Source: an uncultured bacterium
Lineage (GTDB): Bacteria; Verrucomicrobiota; Verrucomicrobiia; Limisphaerales; UBA8199
Length of the DNA: 64,000 nt
Reading direction: 5' to 3'
Assembly (NCBI GenBank): GCA_963749495.1
Contig: CAVVMW010000023.1
Location: 768,001-832,000 of the forward strand
Below are positions 9,862-21,091 of this stretch, piece after piece. How positions within the stretch are numbered: the first letter of the stretch is position 1; every line of letters starts with the position of its first letter. Position numbers and translations under genes: made by a program. Below the pieces are notes generated by a model. That model was given only the letters and a program-made list of their open reading frames with translations. It made no database searches and had not been told where the DNA came from.

Positions 9862-12800
9862 TGGTGTGGTTAATCCTCTCTTTCCTGGAGCTGCTGTGCG
9901 AGCGCCAGGAGTGCCGCACATACGGGCTGACGGGAATTGTGTCGTAGAACAGGGCTGAGGAATTCTCGTAGCTGCTTTTGGATTTTCTGAGCTTGACCAC
10001 GCTGCTCAGGGGAGAGTTGCGCCGTTAGAGCACGATACGCATGGCGTGCCTGGAGGCCTTCGGCTTCGCCGAAGAGAATGCCGACTGACTTGGCATGACT
10101 GGGAAAGGCATCGACTTCAGAGTCCGTCCAGGAATTCAGCGGGGCGTTCGCCACCAACTCAACTACGGATGCTATGCCGGCTTGGTGTGTGGTGGCCTGG
10201 CTGACGCGTTCCAGGAAAGACCGAAGCTCTGTATTTGTCGCGAATGGTTCGATTCGGATCGCTGCCTCCCGGAGAGCTTGCCAACCTTGGGGCTGGGGCG
10301 GGAAACCACATGCTCGCAGGAGATGGTCTTGAGCTTGGCGTAGGGTTGTTGGTGTGACGTCGCGGAGAGCCTGGAGTCTCTCGTTTAGCTTATTGAAAAA
10401 GGAATCGAGCGTGGCGGGGCCGATGCCTTCGTCGGGGATTGGGTTTAGGCCAATCGCTTGTGGCAGCTCGACAAAGAGGAAGTTCTCTGGCGATTTGGCG
10501 CTATTAAATGCCTGCCTGAGGGATTTGACTTCCTGTGGCAGGCGATTTGTGCGCCAAGCCAGTTCCGGGAGAGAGCGAACCATGGAGAAGAGCGCGCGAA
10601 CCACTGGTACGGTGGCAGGTTTGGTACTTAGTCCCTTGGCGAGGCGAGCTACTATTTCACGGCGGGCGCCTTGCACGCGCGTGCCGGCGATTGCGAATAG
10701 TTCGGGGCGACGGAGGACGGTTTCAAAATCGGCGATACCAGGGTTGGGAAGGAACGTGCCCTCACGGTACAAGGTGACTTCATCGGCATGGACGAGCATG
10801 AAGGCGCAAAGGAGTACGGGGTGGAGACCGTCCATGACTCCATGGGGCGGTGCGGCGAGCGAACGGAAGAGCTGGTCGAGAGGCTGGGGTTCGGGCTGGG
10901 GCGTAAAAACCAGGTCAGAAAGCCGCTGCCAAGCCGGGGCTAGGCGAGTGGGATGTCTGTTGGGTGGAGCAGTGAAGTGCCAGGCTCCGGAGTCGTCCTG
11001 AGCGTGGATCCCGGTGGCGTGGAGTACCGATTCGTACATGCTGCGCTCCGGGGGGTAGCCCTCGATTCCGAGAGCGGGATTAGAACCACGCGTAAGCATG
11101 GCCTCAATGAGGTTACGCCGAGCGGCAGCGGCGGCCGAAGATAGAGACCGGCGGACAATCAACTCGTTGCGAATGCGAGGAGCATTGTCGAAGAGCAAAT
11201 TGCAAACCTGGGAAAGCAGTTGCGAAACGTTAACCCGTGACTGGGCCGGCATTTGCACTCCTTGGTAGTACCATACGCATTTGCTGCCAGCGGGGTCATC
11301 GCGGGGATCGAGCAGGCGGTGAACACTTGCCTTCAACAGTTGCTCAGCGTCGGCAATGCGCAGAGCCAACTCCCGCCGGGATACTCGGTCGTCGCGAAGC
11401 TGCGGTGTGTTTTCCCAGACCCACCGCAGAGCGGCGAGTTCGGATGCTGCGGAACGAATTTCACCAATGTCCTGGGGAATGGCTATAAGGAGATTGTCGA
11501 TGCCTGGTTGAAGTGTTTTGACAAGATCCTGGTATTGCTGAACCTGACCCACTGAAGAGGAAAGGCAAACCACGACCTGCCCGTCGGAGTTCGACTTGCC
11601 TGTGGCGCTGCGCTGGAGTTCTTCGACATTATCAACATAGCTGACCGAGAAGAAACGCAAGGCGCCGGTCTCAAAACTATGACGACGCGCAACAAGAGGG
11701 AGAAGTTCCAAATAGCGCGCCAGCGTGGCGGAGAGGCCAAGAGTATGCAGAGTCCTGCGCGAGCCTTCGGCGACCTTCTCGTCGAGGTCCACGTCACTGC
11801 CCTCCCAGATACGGTAGGTTTCGTTGAATTTGCGATAGATGAGGATGGATTGATCCTTGAGCAATGCCAGACCCGTCGCCACCTCGGGACTAGGAGCAAT
11901 GGTATCGGCTAGCGCATAGTGGATGACCAGCTTGCGGGCGCTGAGCGGGCTGAATTCGCCGAGGGCGTTGAGAATGCCGATGCTTTTGACGAGCTTGACC
12001 TGGTGCGGATGAAGGGCGTCCTTTCGATCCAGAACATCGGCCGCCTCCATCCATCGCCGGGCTTGGGGCTGCCGGAACAAGCCCAGACCGAAGTTCTGGG
12101 TGAAGTAATCAAAAAGGTGCTCCAGTCGCACAAAGTGAGGATGCTCAGGGTTTAGCTCGTGGCTCCGAAGGAAGGCTTGGAAGCCAAACGGTTCTAGGCT
12201 GCTCAGGTAGGAGAAAAGACTGCGCTCGTTTTGGGCAAAGCGGCGGAACAGAAACGGCAAGGCGACCAGAGTGCAAGGATGCAACGGATAGGCGGCCAGT
12301 GCCGTGGCCTCAAAGTCGTCCCGGCGCATTCCAGAGGGGATGATTCCGCACTCCCCGCCGAGCTGGACGATGGCTGTGATCTTCCTGCGCAGCGTTTCGT
12401 CGTGTGATTGGGCCTTCCAGCGAATCGCCGACGCGATCATGCGGATCACTTGGTCGGCTGGCTCAAGAAAAGCCACGTCCTCGTAGCGTCCCTGTATTTT
12501 TGCCCATTCCCTACGGGATACCATGTCGAGATGCTGGCCATAGTCCTCGAAGGATTGGTGGAGGAGCCCAAGGAGGAGAAGCGGTTTATCGGCGCTTCGA
12601 GAAGCCTGCTCGGCAAGCTGCTGCAAGAGAAAAACGTCGGCCTTGTTCGGACTGCGGGCGGCGAACTCGAAGAGCTTGCCAAACTCGTCAATGAGCAGGA
12701 GCACACCGGAATAGCCGGCATGGATCGCAGTCGAATTAACCTCAACCAGGGCGCCAACCACGGCGGCACTGTCGAGGAAGTTGTCTCGCTGAGCCTGGCG

Positions 12801-13186
12801 GAGCAGATGGCCAAGGTTTCTGGCGGCAGATTGGAACTGACGCCCCGGTGCTAGAGAAACAGCGGCGGAGGTACCTTGGAGAATGCAGACGGACGTGGCG
12901 GCCCGGCGGGCAGTGATCAAGATGGGGAAAAAGCCCTTCCTTGATTCTTCGAACGCCTTTACTCCGAGCAACCGGCTAGCGAGGGCGGGGTCCACGCCTT
13001 GAAGTTGATGGCGTGCGGTAGTAGTGGATTCACCGGTGGGGCAGAACAGGCGAGTCAGGAAAACAGCGAAGGCGGATTTTCCGACACCGTAAGGGCCGGT
13101 GATGGTCCAGGCTCGATAAGGGGAATTGTCGCGGAGACCTTCAGCCACCCGATTGAGGACCTGGCGGGCGGTGGGAGTGACGATGT

Positions 13187-15371
13187 CACGGCTTCGGCGG
13201 ATCATTGCGTAAGTTGTTGCTGATCAATTGGATATAACGTGGGACTGGACAAAGCCCCCCGAGGCTGCCAAACTCGGCGGCATGATTTGTCCTGCACAGA
13301 TAAAACGGACCTCCAAACCTGAGGACCTCGTCACCCAAATCCTCCGAGAGACCACCGATAAGACGATCACCGTCGAGTTGGTCAAGAGCCTTGAGGAGGA
13401 AGCTCGGTGGAACAAACTGATCCGAAAACACCATTACCTCAAAGAGCATCGCATGGTCGGCGAGTCGCTTCGCTATGTGATCAAGAAAAAGGGGCGATGG
13501 ATCGGCCTGTTGGGTTGGTCCAGCGCCGCCTTCCATCTGCGGCCCCGCGATGCCTGGATCGGCTGGACCGACGCTCAGCGACAGGCCGGACGCCACCTGC
13601 TGGCCTGCAACGCTCGCTTCGCGCTGCTTAGGCCCAAAGGCCGCTCGCCCAACCTGGCTTCCCACTGCCTGAGCCTCAACCTCCAGCGCCTCAGTGCCGA
13701 CTGGCTGGAACACTACGGCCACCCCATCGCCTTGGTCGAAACCTATGTGGACCCCAAACGGTTCGAAGGCACCTGTTATCGTGCCGCCAATTGGTTTGAA
13801 ATCGGCGTGACCAAAGGCTGGGGACGCTCCCGCCTGGATTTCTATCAACTCCACCAGCAGCCCAAAGCCATCTTCGTGTATCCGCTGGTCCGCAACGCCC
13901 GCCAGATCCTCTCGGCTCCGCTCATGCCGGCAGCTTGGGCGCCCTATCGCCGAGAGCCCCCGCCTCAGGAATATCCTTTGAGCGGAAAACAAACCCAAAG
14001 CTTGCTCCACGCCCTGGCCCCACTCCACGACCCCCGCCGCTACCGGGGTTGGCGCCATCGCCGCGTCGCCTCCATTGTGGCCATTGCTGCCGCCGCGATG
14101 ATTGCGGGCAACAACTCCCTGATCGATATCGGCGAGTTCTCCCAGTCCCTCAACCAAAACCAACTCCGCAGCCTGCGCGCCTGCCGTTGCCGCAAGACCC
14201 GCAAGTTCATCCCTCCCAGCGAAACGACCATCCGCCGAATCCTCCAGCGCCTGGACCCGACAGAATTGGACAGGCTGATCAACGATTGGCTGCGCTCCCA
14301 CCTCAAGAACGCGGGCATCGCCGCACTGGCCGTCGATGGCAAATGTGCCCGCACCGCCACCAAAATCAACGGACAAGGCATCCAACTCTTCGGCGCCCTG
14401 GACACCCAAACCCAACTCTTTTGCCGCCAAATCCAAATCCCGGCCAAGACCAATGAAATACCCACCCTCAAGGACCTGCTCCGGGACTTGGACCTGCGCG
14501 GCACCTTGGTCAGCGCCGACGCGCTCAATACTCAGACCGCCACCGCCGACCATGTGGTCGAGGAAAAAAAGGCCGACTACCTCCTGGTCGTCAAAGCCAA
14601 TCAACCCAAGCTCTTCGACAAACTGGCCCGCCTGTCTCACGCGCCGAAAGGCGTTTTTTCCCCCTGAGCACATCACGATTGACCAAGGCCATGGACGGCA
14701 TGAAACCCGCGAGGTCTGGCCCTTTGAAGTCACACCCCAACAGTGCGGCTTCCCACACGCCCTCCAAGCCGCCGTCATCGTGCGCACTACTCACCATCTC
14801 AAAGCCGTTCGCGTTACCGAAGAGGCCGAACTGGTCTTGAGCAGCCGCCCCAATGCGCAGATGGATGCGGCGCAATTGCAGGCCTTTCGCCGTGGCCATT
14901 GGAGCATCGAGTCGGTCCACTACGTGCGCGATGTCACTTTCGGCGAAGATGCTTGCACCGTCCGCACCGGCCACGGCCCGCAAAACCTGGGTGCCTTGCG
15001 CAACCTGGTCATCGGCCTCTGTGCCCTGGATGCTGCCCGCCAGCACAAAGCCACCTCCTATCTGCCACGCTTTCGCTGTGCCGCCAGGAACAATCGCCGC
15101 TTGGCCATCGACCTGGTCGGTCGTCCTCTGCTCAATAACACCTGATGGGGTGCTCCCCTGAGTCTGAGCATCGGTTCGGCTCTGATCGGTCTGGTCTCTC
15201 TGCATGCCGGACGTTTCTATGGCTTCCCACATTGCTGCCCGGATCTGAGCAAATCCTTCCTATAACAGCCTGGCAATTGACAGTGCGCGAGCCGTTGTGG
15301 CGACAAGATCCTCGCCTGCGCTCACGCCCCGATTCCACCCGACAAGGGCCGTTCTAAACGCCGAAGCCGTG
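13187..15371 (+). mobile_element. ISAs1-family insertion sequence, 2185 bp
   Basis: Perfect 13-bp IRs CACGGCTTCGGCG (13187-13199) and CGCCGAAGCCGTG (15359-15371). 10-bp TSD GTGACGATGT at 13177-13186 and 15372-15381. Confidence 0.95.
13228..15145 (+). CDS. DUF4338 + ISAs1 DDE transposase, in two frames joined at GTTTTTTCCCCCTGA (~14653-14667)
   Basis: HHYL, NARF, ETYVD and GTCYRAANW (DUF4338). DPR, AVDGK, KTNEIP, ADALNTQ, VKANQP, GHGRHETR and HWSIE..HYVRDVTFGED (ISAs1). Confidence 0.9.
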
Positions 15372-15498
15372 GTGACGATGTAGTCGCCATTTCGTTGGCC
15401 GCCAGCGTAGTCCTTTTCGAGATTGACCGATCGCAGAAAGCGGGCGCGGACCTGAACACAATCAGAGAGGGTTTGGCAGGGGGCTGGTTTCATCGGGC

Positions 15499-16425
15499 CT
15501 ACGTTCGGTAGTGGCTTTCGAGAAGCCGCATGGAGTCGAGTTTTTGGCGCCGATAGATCTGCTTGAGCCCGGCCGTTTCGTCAAGCGCGATAACGCCTCC
15601 GGTCATGTCCTCGATGGCCTCGATGTACTCAACGAGGCTGTTTTCATCCAGCTTGAAGGCTTGCCCGGGGCTTTCGATGCCGTATAAGCACTCCTGAACG
15701 CTCATGGGATTGCGCTCGGACTTGCTTCTGGCGAAATACTCGTCCAGCGCAACGACAAAAACGGCGGCAGGGAGTGACGGTTTGGGGCCAATGGCAAAGC
15801 GGAAAAACTCGCCGTCCGGGGATGCCTGCATGAGGCCGAGTTCCTGGAGTGGACAATCAAAGGTCTCTTCGGCGACTTCAGGACGAGTCCCATTGCGCAC
15901 CGGCAGATACGTTCTGAGGAGGCAATCAATGTCGCGGGCGAGCGACGATTCGCGGACTCGGATCGAGTGCTTTTCGGCAAACGACTTCACGAAATCAACC
16001 AGTTCGCGCTTTGAAAAATCAGGCCGGTGGAAGTGGCCAAAAGCCAGTTGCCAGCTCGTGCCAATGGTCGGATTAGAGACCAGCAGCCAATGAACGAGCC
16101 ACAGCGAAGCGTCGTTCTCCAGGAACGGGTCCCATCCTCCCTTCAACAAGAGCCGTTTTGCGAGGGTGGAGGGTTGAAAGACGCGCTTAGTGGCGTCTTC
16201 GGGGGCGGGTTTCTCCTCGAGCATCTGGGTCGCCAAACACCAATGGCGGATGCTCTCAACCATATTCTTGCCCACGCCCAAATGAACAATGGCGTCCTCG
16301 GCCGAGAAGATGTCCGGGGATTCAGCGGCTGACTTCACACCTTTCTCGATCCAGCCGTAGCGGAAGGCGAACGTCTGGTGGCCTGAGAACTTCATCTTTT
16401 TTGCAGCTCCGGACATCTCGGACAT
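15499..16425 (-). CDS. sspB: DUF4007 family protein, SspB-like
   Basis: FSGHQTFAFRYGWIEKG, LGVGKNMVESIRHW, WDPFLE...LWLVHW, CPLQELGL, SPGQAFKL and ETAGLKQ. First gene of the operon. Confidence 0.9.
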   Translation of the reverse strand: MSEMSGAAKKMKFSGHQTFAFRYGWIEKGVKSAAESPDIFSAEDAIVHLGVGKNMVESIRHWCLATQMLEEKPAPEDATKRVFQPSTLAKRLLLKGGWDPFLENDASLWLVHWLLVSNPTIGTSWQLAFGHFHRPDFSKRELVDFVKSFAEKHSIRVRESSLARDIDCLLRTYLPVRNGTRPEVAEETFDCPLQELGLMQASPDGEFFRFAIGPKPSLPAAVFVVALDEYFARSKSERNPMSVQECLYGIESPGQAFKLDENSLVEYIEAIEDMTGGVIALDETAGLKQIYRRQKLDSMRLLESHYRT

Positions 16426-16953
16426 ATTGATACTTGCGAAAATCGCGCCGTTCCATGCAGATTGCCGTTCAACAGACCAATGCCCCTGCGAACTTGTATA
16501 CGGCTCATGTTGTATGCTGAATCGCAGGGTTCTGCAATTCTTTTGCGATTGGAGCTTCTGGAGAGCCGGGTGCGCTTATTCAGGCCGAAGAGGGCGGCGT
16601 GAATGGATATTGCCAGGGTCGGTGATCGGGTGGCCCGGGGTGGCCCCGGCACGGGCAGGCATATGCGCATGGCGACGGCTTCCTATGGCTGGGCGCTTGG
16701 GGCGGTCCGTTCGGCATCGCAGCGAAGCTGGGCGCCGTCGAGCAACGTCCGGCTCATGAGCCTGGACATGGAAAGTGAGGCCAAATACGCCGGTTTTCTT
16801 TCAGGGTAAGCAAGGGGCCGAGGCGTTTCCCCCTTTACTGCTCTTGGAACCGTTTTCTGGCACGCCGACTGCTTTCATCAACCGATTTACGGAGGTTTTT
16901 TCGCCGGGTGTCGTAGGGCAAGCCGTCCAGCCACAGACTATCTGCCAGAGCCG

Positions 16954-17005
16954 CCGTTTCCCGTTCCCCGCCCTATGGGCCCAGGCGAAACGGAAACGGG
17001 AAACG
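16954..17005. repeat. Palindromic GTTTCC/GGAAAC element, copy A
   Basis: ccgtttcccgttcccc...gaaacggaaacgggaaacg. Its reverse complement aligns with 35961-36011. Confidence 0.7.
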
Positions 17006-17358
17006 ACGCCTTGGGTCCACGCAACGGCACGCCTTGCCAAACTTTGCTGGAGCAAGCCAAAGGCGTTAAATCCCGGGCAGTCCGGGGGGACAGCGCCCCC
17101 CAGGACCACTCCGCTGAGCGCCGAGCTTGGCTTGATCGGTTGGAGCAAGCGCCCTCTGCCTGACAAACTGCGCACGGCCTGCGGTTCGAGACGGTTGCTG
17201 ACCTACCTGCCAGAGGACTGGGCTGAGCAGGCACTTGGGGGCGCACCTCCTCTGCCGGCAGACTCAAGGTCGCAGATGTTCTCATCGGTATCGCGCCTAA
17301 GCAAGAGAAGCCGGTGGCGTGACGTCCGCCAGGCACTGCAGGCAGGGCGTTGGAAGGA

Positions 17359-18581
17359 ATGACGCGGCCGGTGCGTTGCGACATCTCACATAAATTCAAG
17401 GAAGATGCGCGACGCCGGGGCGCCAGGCGGGCACTTGAGGCGAGCGCGGTGCCCCAGACCCGCGCCTCCGGGTCGAACAGACCAGCGCATCGCTTCAGTC
17501 GCTGGTCGGGATGGATGTCGAAGGAGTCGGTGCCAGGTTGGCCCGGACCTGATTCCCGTAGCCGAGAACCAACCGGCCGACGTTGGACCTCCCCAGTTCC
17601 GGACAACCCGCCTGGACGCCGGGATCACGGTAGCGCATGGCGGACCTGGGCAAGGCGCTGAACTGGCCTCCCTTGCGCAGACACCAGCCCAGATGCCGGC
17701 GCACGGTGCTGGCCGGCTCGCATTCCTGAGGCGCGTGCCGAAGTTGGACGAACTCTAAATGAACCGGCTGATCGGGACGGTCCGCCAAGTCCAGCGGAAA
17801 TTGCCGGGTGAGCCCCTGCAACTGCCTCCGGCCCAGACCCGCCAGCGCCAGCGAGCGCAGGAGGGTCGAAGTAGCGGGCACCCGCTAGCAGAACGTTCCA
17901 CCGGCGGAGACGCCCCGGCCCAAGCGTGAAATCATATTCACGATTGTCCAGGTACCGGACGTTCGCCACCAAGAGCCGTTCAAAGTGCATGTGAAGCAGG
18001 TTGCCTCGGAGACTCTCCTCAGAATCTGCCAGGAAGGCGCCAGATTTCCAACGCTGGACACCGGACTCCGGGGCAAGCTCGGGTTGTCTCATGAGGACAT
18101 GGGGCTTCCGCTGAGAACCTTCCGCAAGCTCCCGGTCGCCGGGGTCGGACTGGTGATCACCGAGAACCTGATGAATTTCGAGACCCTTCCCGGCGTTGAA
18201 GGAGCGCTGGCCATCTTCGGCGGCGGCAACGCCGCGGAAATCCTGATCACGGTTGACTGGCTCATGGACTGCAACGTTCTTTACTGGGGCGACATTGATG
18301 AGCACGGCTTTCACATTCTCTCGCGGCTGCGGCACAGGTTTCCCGGCATCCGAAGCCTCATGATGGAGGCCGACCCCCTCAAGGCCTTCCACGGCCTGGC
18401 CGGCAAAGGGGAACGCGTCGGGAAACCTCCGGCCAATTTGACCGCTTCGGAGAACGACGCCTACGCGGAGGTCGCGCGGAAAAATCTTCGGCTCGAGCAG
18501 GAGAAGATCCCGCATGCCTACGCCCTGCAGGTGTTGGCCAAGGCGCTGGCAACGTCCCCTGCAAAGCAGCAGACGAGGTAA
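17359..18581 (+). pseudogene. Wadjet JetD-like (DUF2220 toprim) remnant; only 17985..18581 is open
   Basis: ITENLMNFETLP, AIFGGG, YWGDIDEHGFHILSRLR, SLMM and RLEQEKIP. The upstream part is broken by stops and shifts, so the 5' boundary is approximate. Confidence 0.75.
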
Positions 18582-18796
18582 ACGCGGAGCGGGAGGCACC
18601 CGCGGTCCAATCGTGAATCCCGTGCGGATCTTCCTCGAGGTCTCCTCAAGCTGACCGAAGCCGGCACGAGGAAGAGACCTGCCGGCACGGGCTTTCTCTG
18701 ACATTCCAATCCCATGCGGCATGAAGCTCAAAACACCAGGCAGGGCCTTATAATGGGGAATACCGCCTCGGGCGGAAACGGATCGAACATTGAACT

Positions 18797-19312
18797 ATGA
18801 AGCCACGACTACTGGCAGCCCTCGCAGCGGCGTCCTGTCTGGTCGGGTGCGGCACGACCCACCTGCAGGATGAAGACGAACGCGCGGTATTCAACCGAAC
18901 CCAGGAGGTCGGCAGCAAGCTCGCCGTCGAGCTAAGCCGCAAGAACCCCAAGGCGGTCGTGATGGTTACCAGCTTCCAGACCGCCAACGACCTCCAGCAA
19001 ACGGACGGATTCGGCCGGATCGCCGCCGAACAGGTTGCCGGGTGTCTGGCCAGGAGAGGGTTGCGCGTGGTCGAGGTGCGGCTGAGGAACCCTGAGGATC
19101 CGCCCGGCCGGAACTCCCAAACGCCGGCGGAGTTTGCTCTGTCGCGCGATGCCAAAAAGATCGCCCAAGAAGCCAAGGCCGATTACGTGGTGACCGGGGT
19201 TTACGCGCACGGCAAGTTCAACAGCATCGTGGCGCTCAGAGCCATGGATACGAATGGTGTGGTCCAGGCTTCTTACAATTACACGGTGCCGGCGCGCCTC
19301 ACCCCCCGGTGA
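18797..19312 (+). CDS. FlgO-like lipoprotein
   Basis: Signal peptide with lipobox LVGC. VTSF..ANDL..TDGFGRIAAEQ, EFALSRD and VVTGVY. Confidence 0.7.
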   Translation: MKPRLLAALAAASCLVGCGTTHLQDEDERAVFNRTQEVGSKLAVELSRKNPKAVVMVTSFQTANDLQQTDGFGRIAAEQVAGCLARRGLRVVEVRLRNPEDPPGRNSQTPAEFALSRDAKKIAQEAKADYVVTGVYAHGKFNSIVALRAMDTNGVVQASYNYTVPARLTPR

Positions 19313-19487
19313 CCTGACGAAACGGGGCCTTATCGGGTGCGTGCAGCTTTGAGTATGGCGCTCCGGTCCCAATCAAAGCTGACGGTTGCCGGCATAGGCC
19401 GCCCGGCACGGGGGATTCAACAGTCAAGGGGGCGGCCTTTGACGGGGCCGAGGAAGAGCCTACGGCCAAAATCCACCGCCGACGCGA

Positions 19488-20474
19488 ATGAGGAATCCCA
19501 ACGCCATCAGACCGCAGGCGCAGGAGCTCAACGAAAGCATCCGTCGGCCGGAGGACATTCTTAAGCTCCCGGTGGGGCCGGTCATGGTCGAGCCGAAATT
19601 CGACGGCTCTTTCGCCTACATCACGCGGGATCGCGCCACGGGGGAGACCGTGATCTGCACCAGGGATGGAAACCAAATCCAGCTTGAACCGGCAGTCCAA
19701 AACTTCATCGGCCATCACTTTGCGCCCTTGACGGAGCACTTCCTCTTCGAAGCCGAGATCGAGCCCTCACCCTGGACGGAAACCAACAAGGTCCTCTTGA
19801 ACGGCAATCTCTACACCGCCAAGCCAATGCCATTTCAGATTCACCTTGTGGTGCATGATGTGCTGCCCATGGACGAGATCGGAAAGCCCGCATCCAAGGC
19901 GCGCGAACGTTACGGTTTGATGCGCAGCCTGGCCGGTGTGGCGGAAGAAGTGAAGCTGGCGCAACCGTACGTCTGGGACAAAAGCGAGCGCGCCAGTATC
20001 TGTATTACGCCTTGTCAGGAGCTCACGCTGGGCGAGGCCGCCGAGTTGTTTCGCCAGGGGTGGGAGGCCGGGAAGGCCCGGAAGCGCGTCATGGTGGCCG
20101 GGCTTCCCTACGAGGGCATCGTGCTCGTGAACCCGGAAAGCCTGCACAAAGGCGGCCGGAGCAACAAATGGAAGGTGAAGCCGTTTCACACCCTGGACAT
20201 CCGGGTCACGGAACTCAGGGCAGGGCACAGCGGCACAGTCCCGCTCTTCGAGGTCCACGGGTACGACACCAAGACCGGCGACACCGCCAAGATCACCAGC
20301 GGAATCAGTCCCGAAATGTTTGCGGCGCTCGAGCGCACCGAAAAGCGATATGCCGCCATGGTCGTCGAGGCAGAGGTTTCCTCGCTCAAAGATCTGAACG
20401 CCGCCAACCCGACCCTCTTGACGATCCGCTACGACAAGATGGGCTCGCCGAAACCGGAGCCAGAACTGGTTTGA
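19488..20474 (+). CDS. ATP-dependent DNA ligase-like nucleotidyltransferase
   Basis: Motif I EPKFDG, TRDG, FEAE, VHDV, YEGIVL and KWKVK, plus a C-terminal OB-like region. Confidence 0.75.
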   Translation: MRNPNAIRPQAQELNESIRRPEDILKLPVGPVMVEPKFDGSFAYITRDRATGETVICTRDGNQIQLEPAVQNFIGHHFAPLTEHFLFEAEIEPSPWTETNKVLLNGNLYTAKPMPFQIHLVVHDVLPMDEIGKPASKARERYGLMRSLAGVAEEVKLAQPYVWDKSERASICITPCQELTLGEAAELFRQGWEAGKARKRVMVAGLPYEGIVLVNPESLHKGGRSNKWKVKPFHTLDIRVTELRAGHSGTVPLFEVHGYDTKTGDTAKITSGISPEMFAALERTEKRYAAMVVEAEVSSLKDLNAANPTLLTIRYDKMGSPKPEPELV

Positions 20475-20557
20475 GAGACTCGCAATCTCCCTCCTCGCGT
20501 GAACGCTGTGCCCGCAATGCCGGGGAGGCGCTCGTCGGACCAGGCCAAACACAAAGC

Positions 20558-20857
20558 ATGAGCGACACATTCCACTACACGTTCAAGTGCCCCAGGTGTG
20601 AATGCCCGACTTTTGAGGAGATTCTCACCGGGGTGACGCAGAGCACCGTTTTCCAGCGGGTCAATTGCGACGACGGCTTCGCGGAGCCTGACTACCAGAA
20701 CACCTCAACGGAAGGCGGAGAAATCAACCGTTACCAATGCCAAAGCTGCGGTTTTGTCCTGTGCAATGAGCGCGGGGAAACCATTAAGGATCCTCAGGCC
20801 CTGCGGCAGTGGGCGGAGAAACACGGCCACAAGCACCCCGAGGATTCACCGGGTTAG
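20558..20857 (+). CDS. Small zinc-ribbon protein (99 aa)
   Basis: MSDTFHYTFKCPRC...YQCQSCG: two CxxC pairs. Confidence 0.65.
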   Translation: MSDTFHYTFKCPRCECPTFEEILTGVTQSTVFQRVNCDDGFAEPDYQNTSTEGGEINRYQCQSCGFVLCNERGETIKDPQALRQWAEKHGHKHPEDSPG

Positions 20858-20873
20858 CTGGTTAGCTCGAACG

Positions 20874-20901
20874 GAAGGGTTCGACTCCCTTCACCCGCTC
20901 C
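20874..20901 (+). other. 3' fragment of a tRNA-Gly (att-like site)
   Basis: GAAGGG-TTCGACT-CCCTTC-ACCCGCTCC gives a T-arm plus acceptor 3' strand. No D or anticodon arm upstream. Confidence 0.7.
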
Positions 20902-21091
20902 CTCCCTCTGGCTCAACCACGTGCGCGAGACTCCTCGGAAGATTTACAGCAGCAGCTACAGCGAATTCGCCCTCGTGAGGGGGCGTTCGCCGACGCAAAA
21001 TGGGTCAGTGGCAGGATCGATGGAGATGAGTCACGCCGTAAGGGTTTCGACTGCATAGCGCACCGGCCGACGGTCACAGTGACGAGGATTC

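Larger units (their letters stand above)
9870..15493 (-). pseudogene. sspC: SspC-like ATPase split by an IS (N-terminal piece 15372..15493, remainder 9870..13186)
   Basis: The N-terminal RFLRSVNLEKD...DYIVT joins in frame to PTARQVL...TGPYGVGKS (Walker A), LLIDEFGK (Walker B), YPLHP and FAQNERSLFSYL once the IS and one TSD copy are removed. Confidence 0.85.

Noticed and set aside
13228..13930. DUF4338 domain as Druantia DruA
   Set aside because: It is fused to an ISAs1 transposase inside IRs and a TSD, and no other dru genes are present.
19344..19381. Riboswitch or attC at the CAGCTTTGA/TCAAAGCTG inverted repeat
   Set aside because: A single 9-bp stem with no family consensus and no integron integrase.
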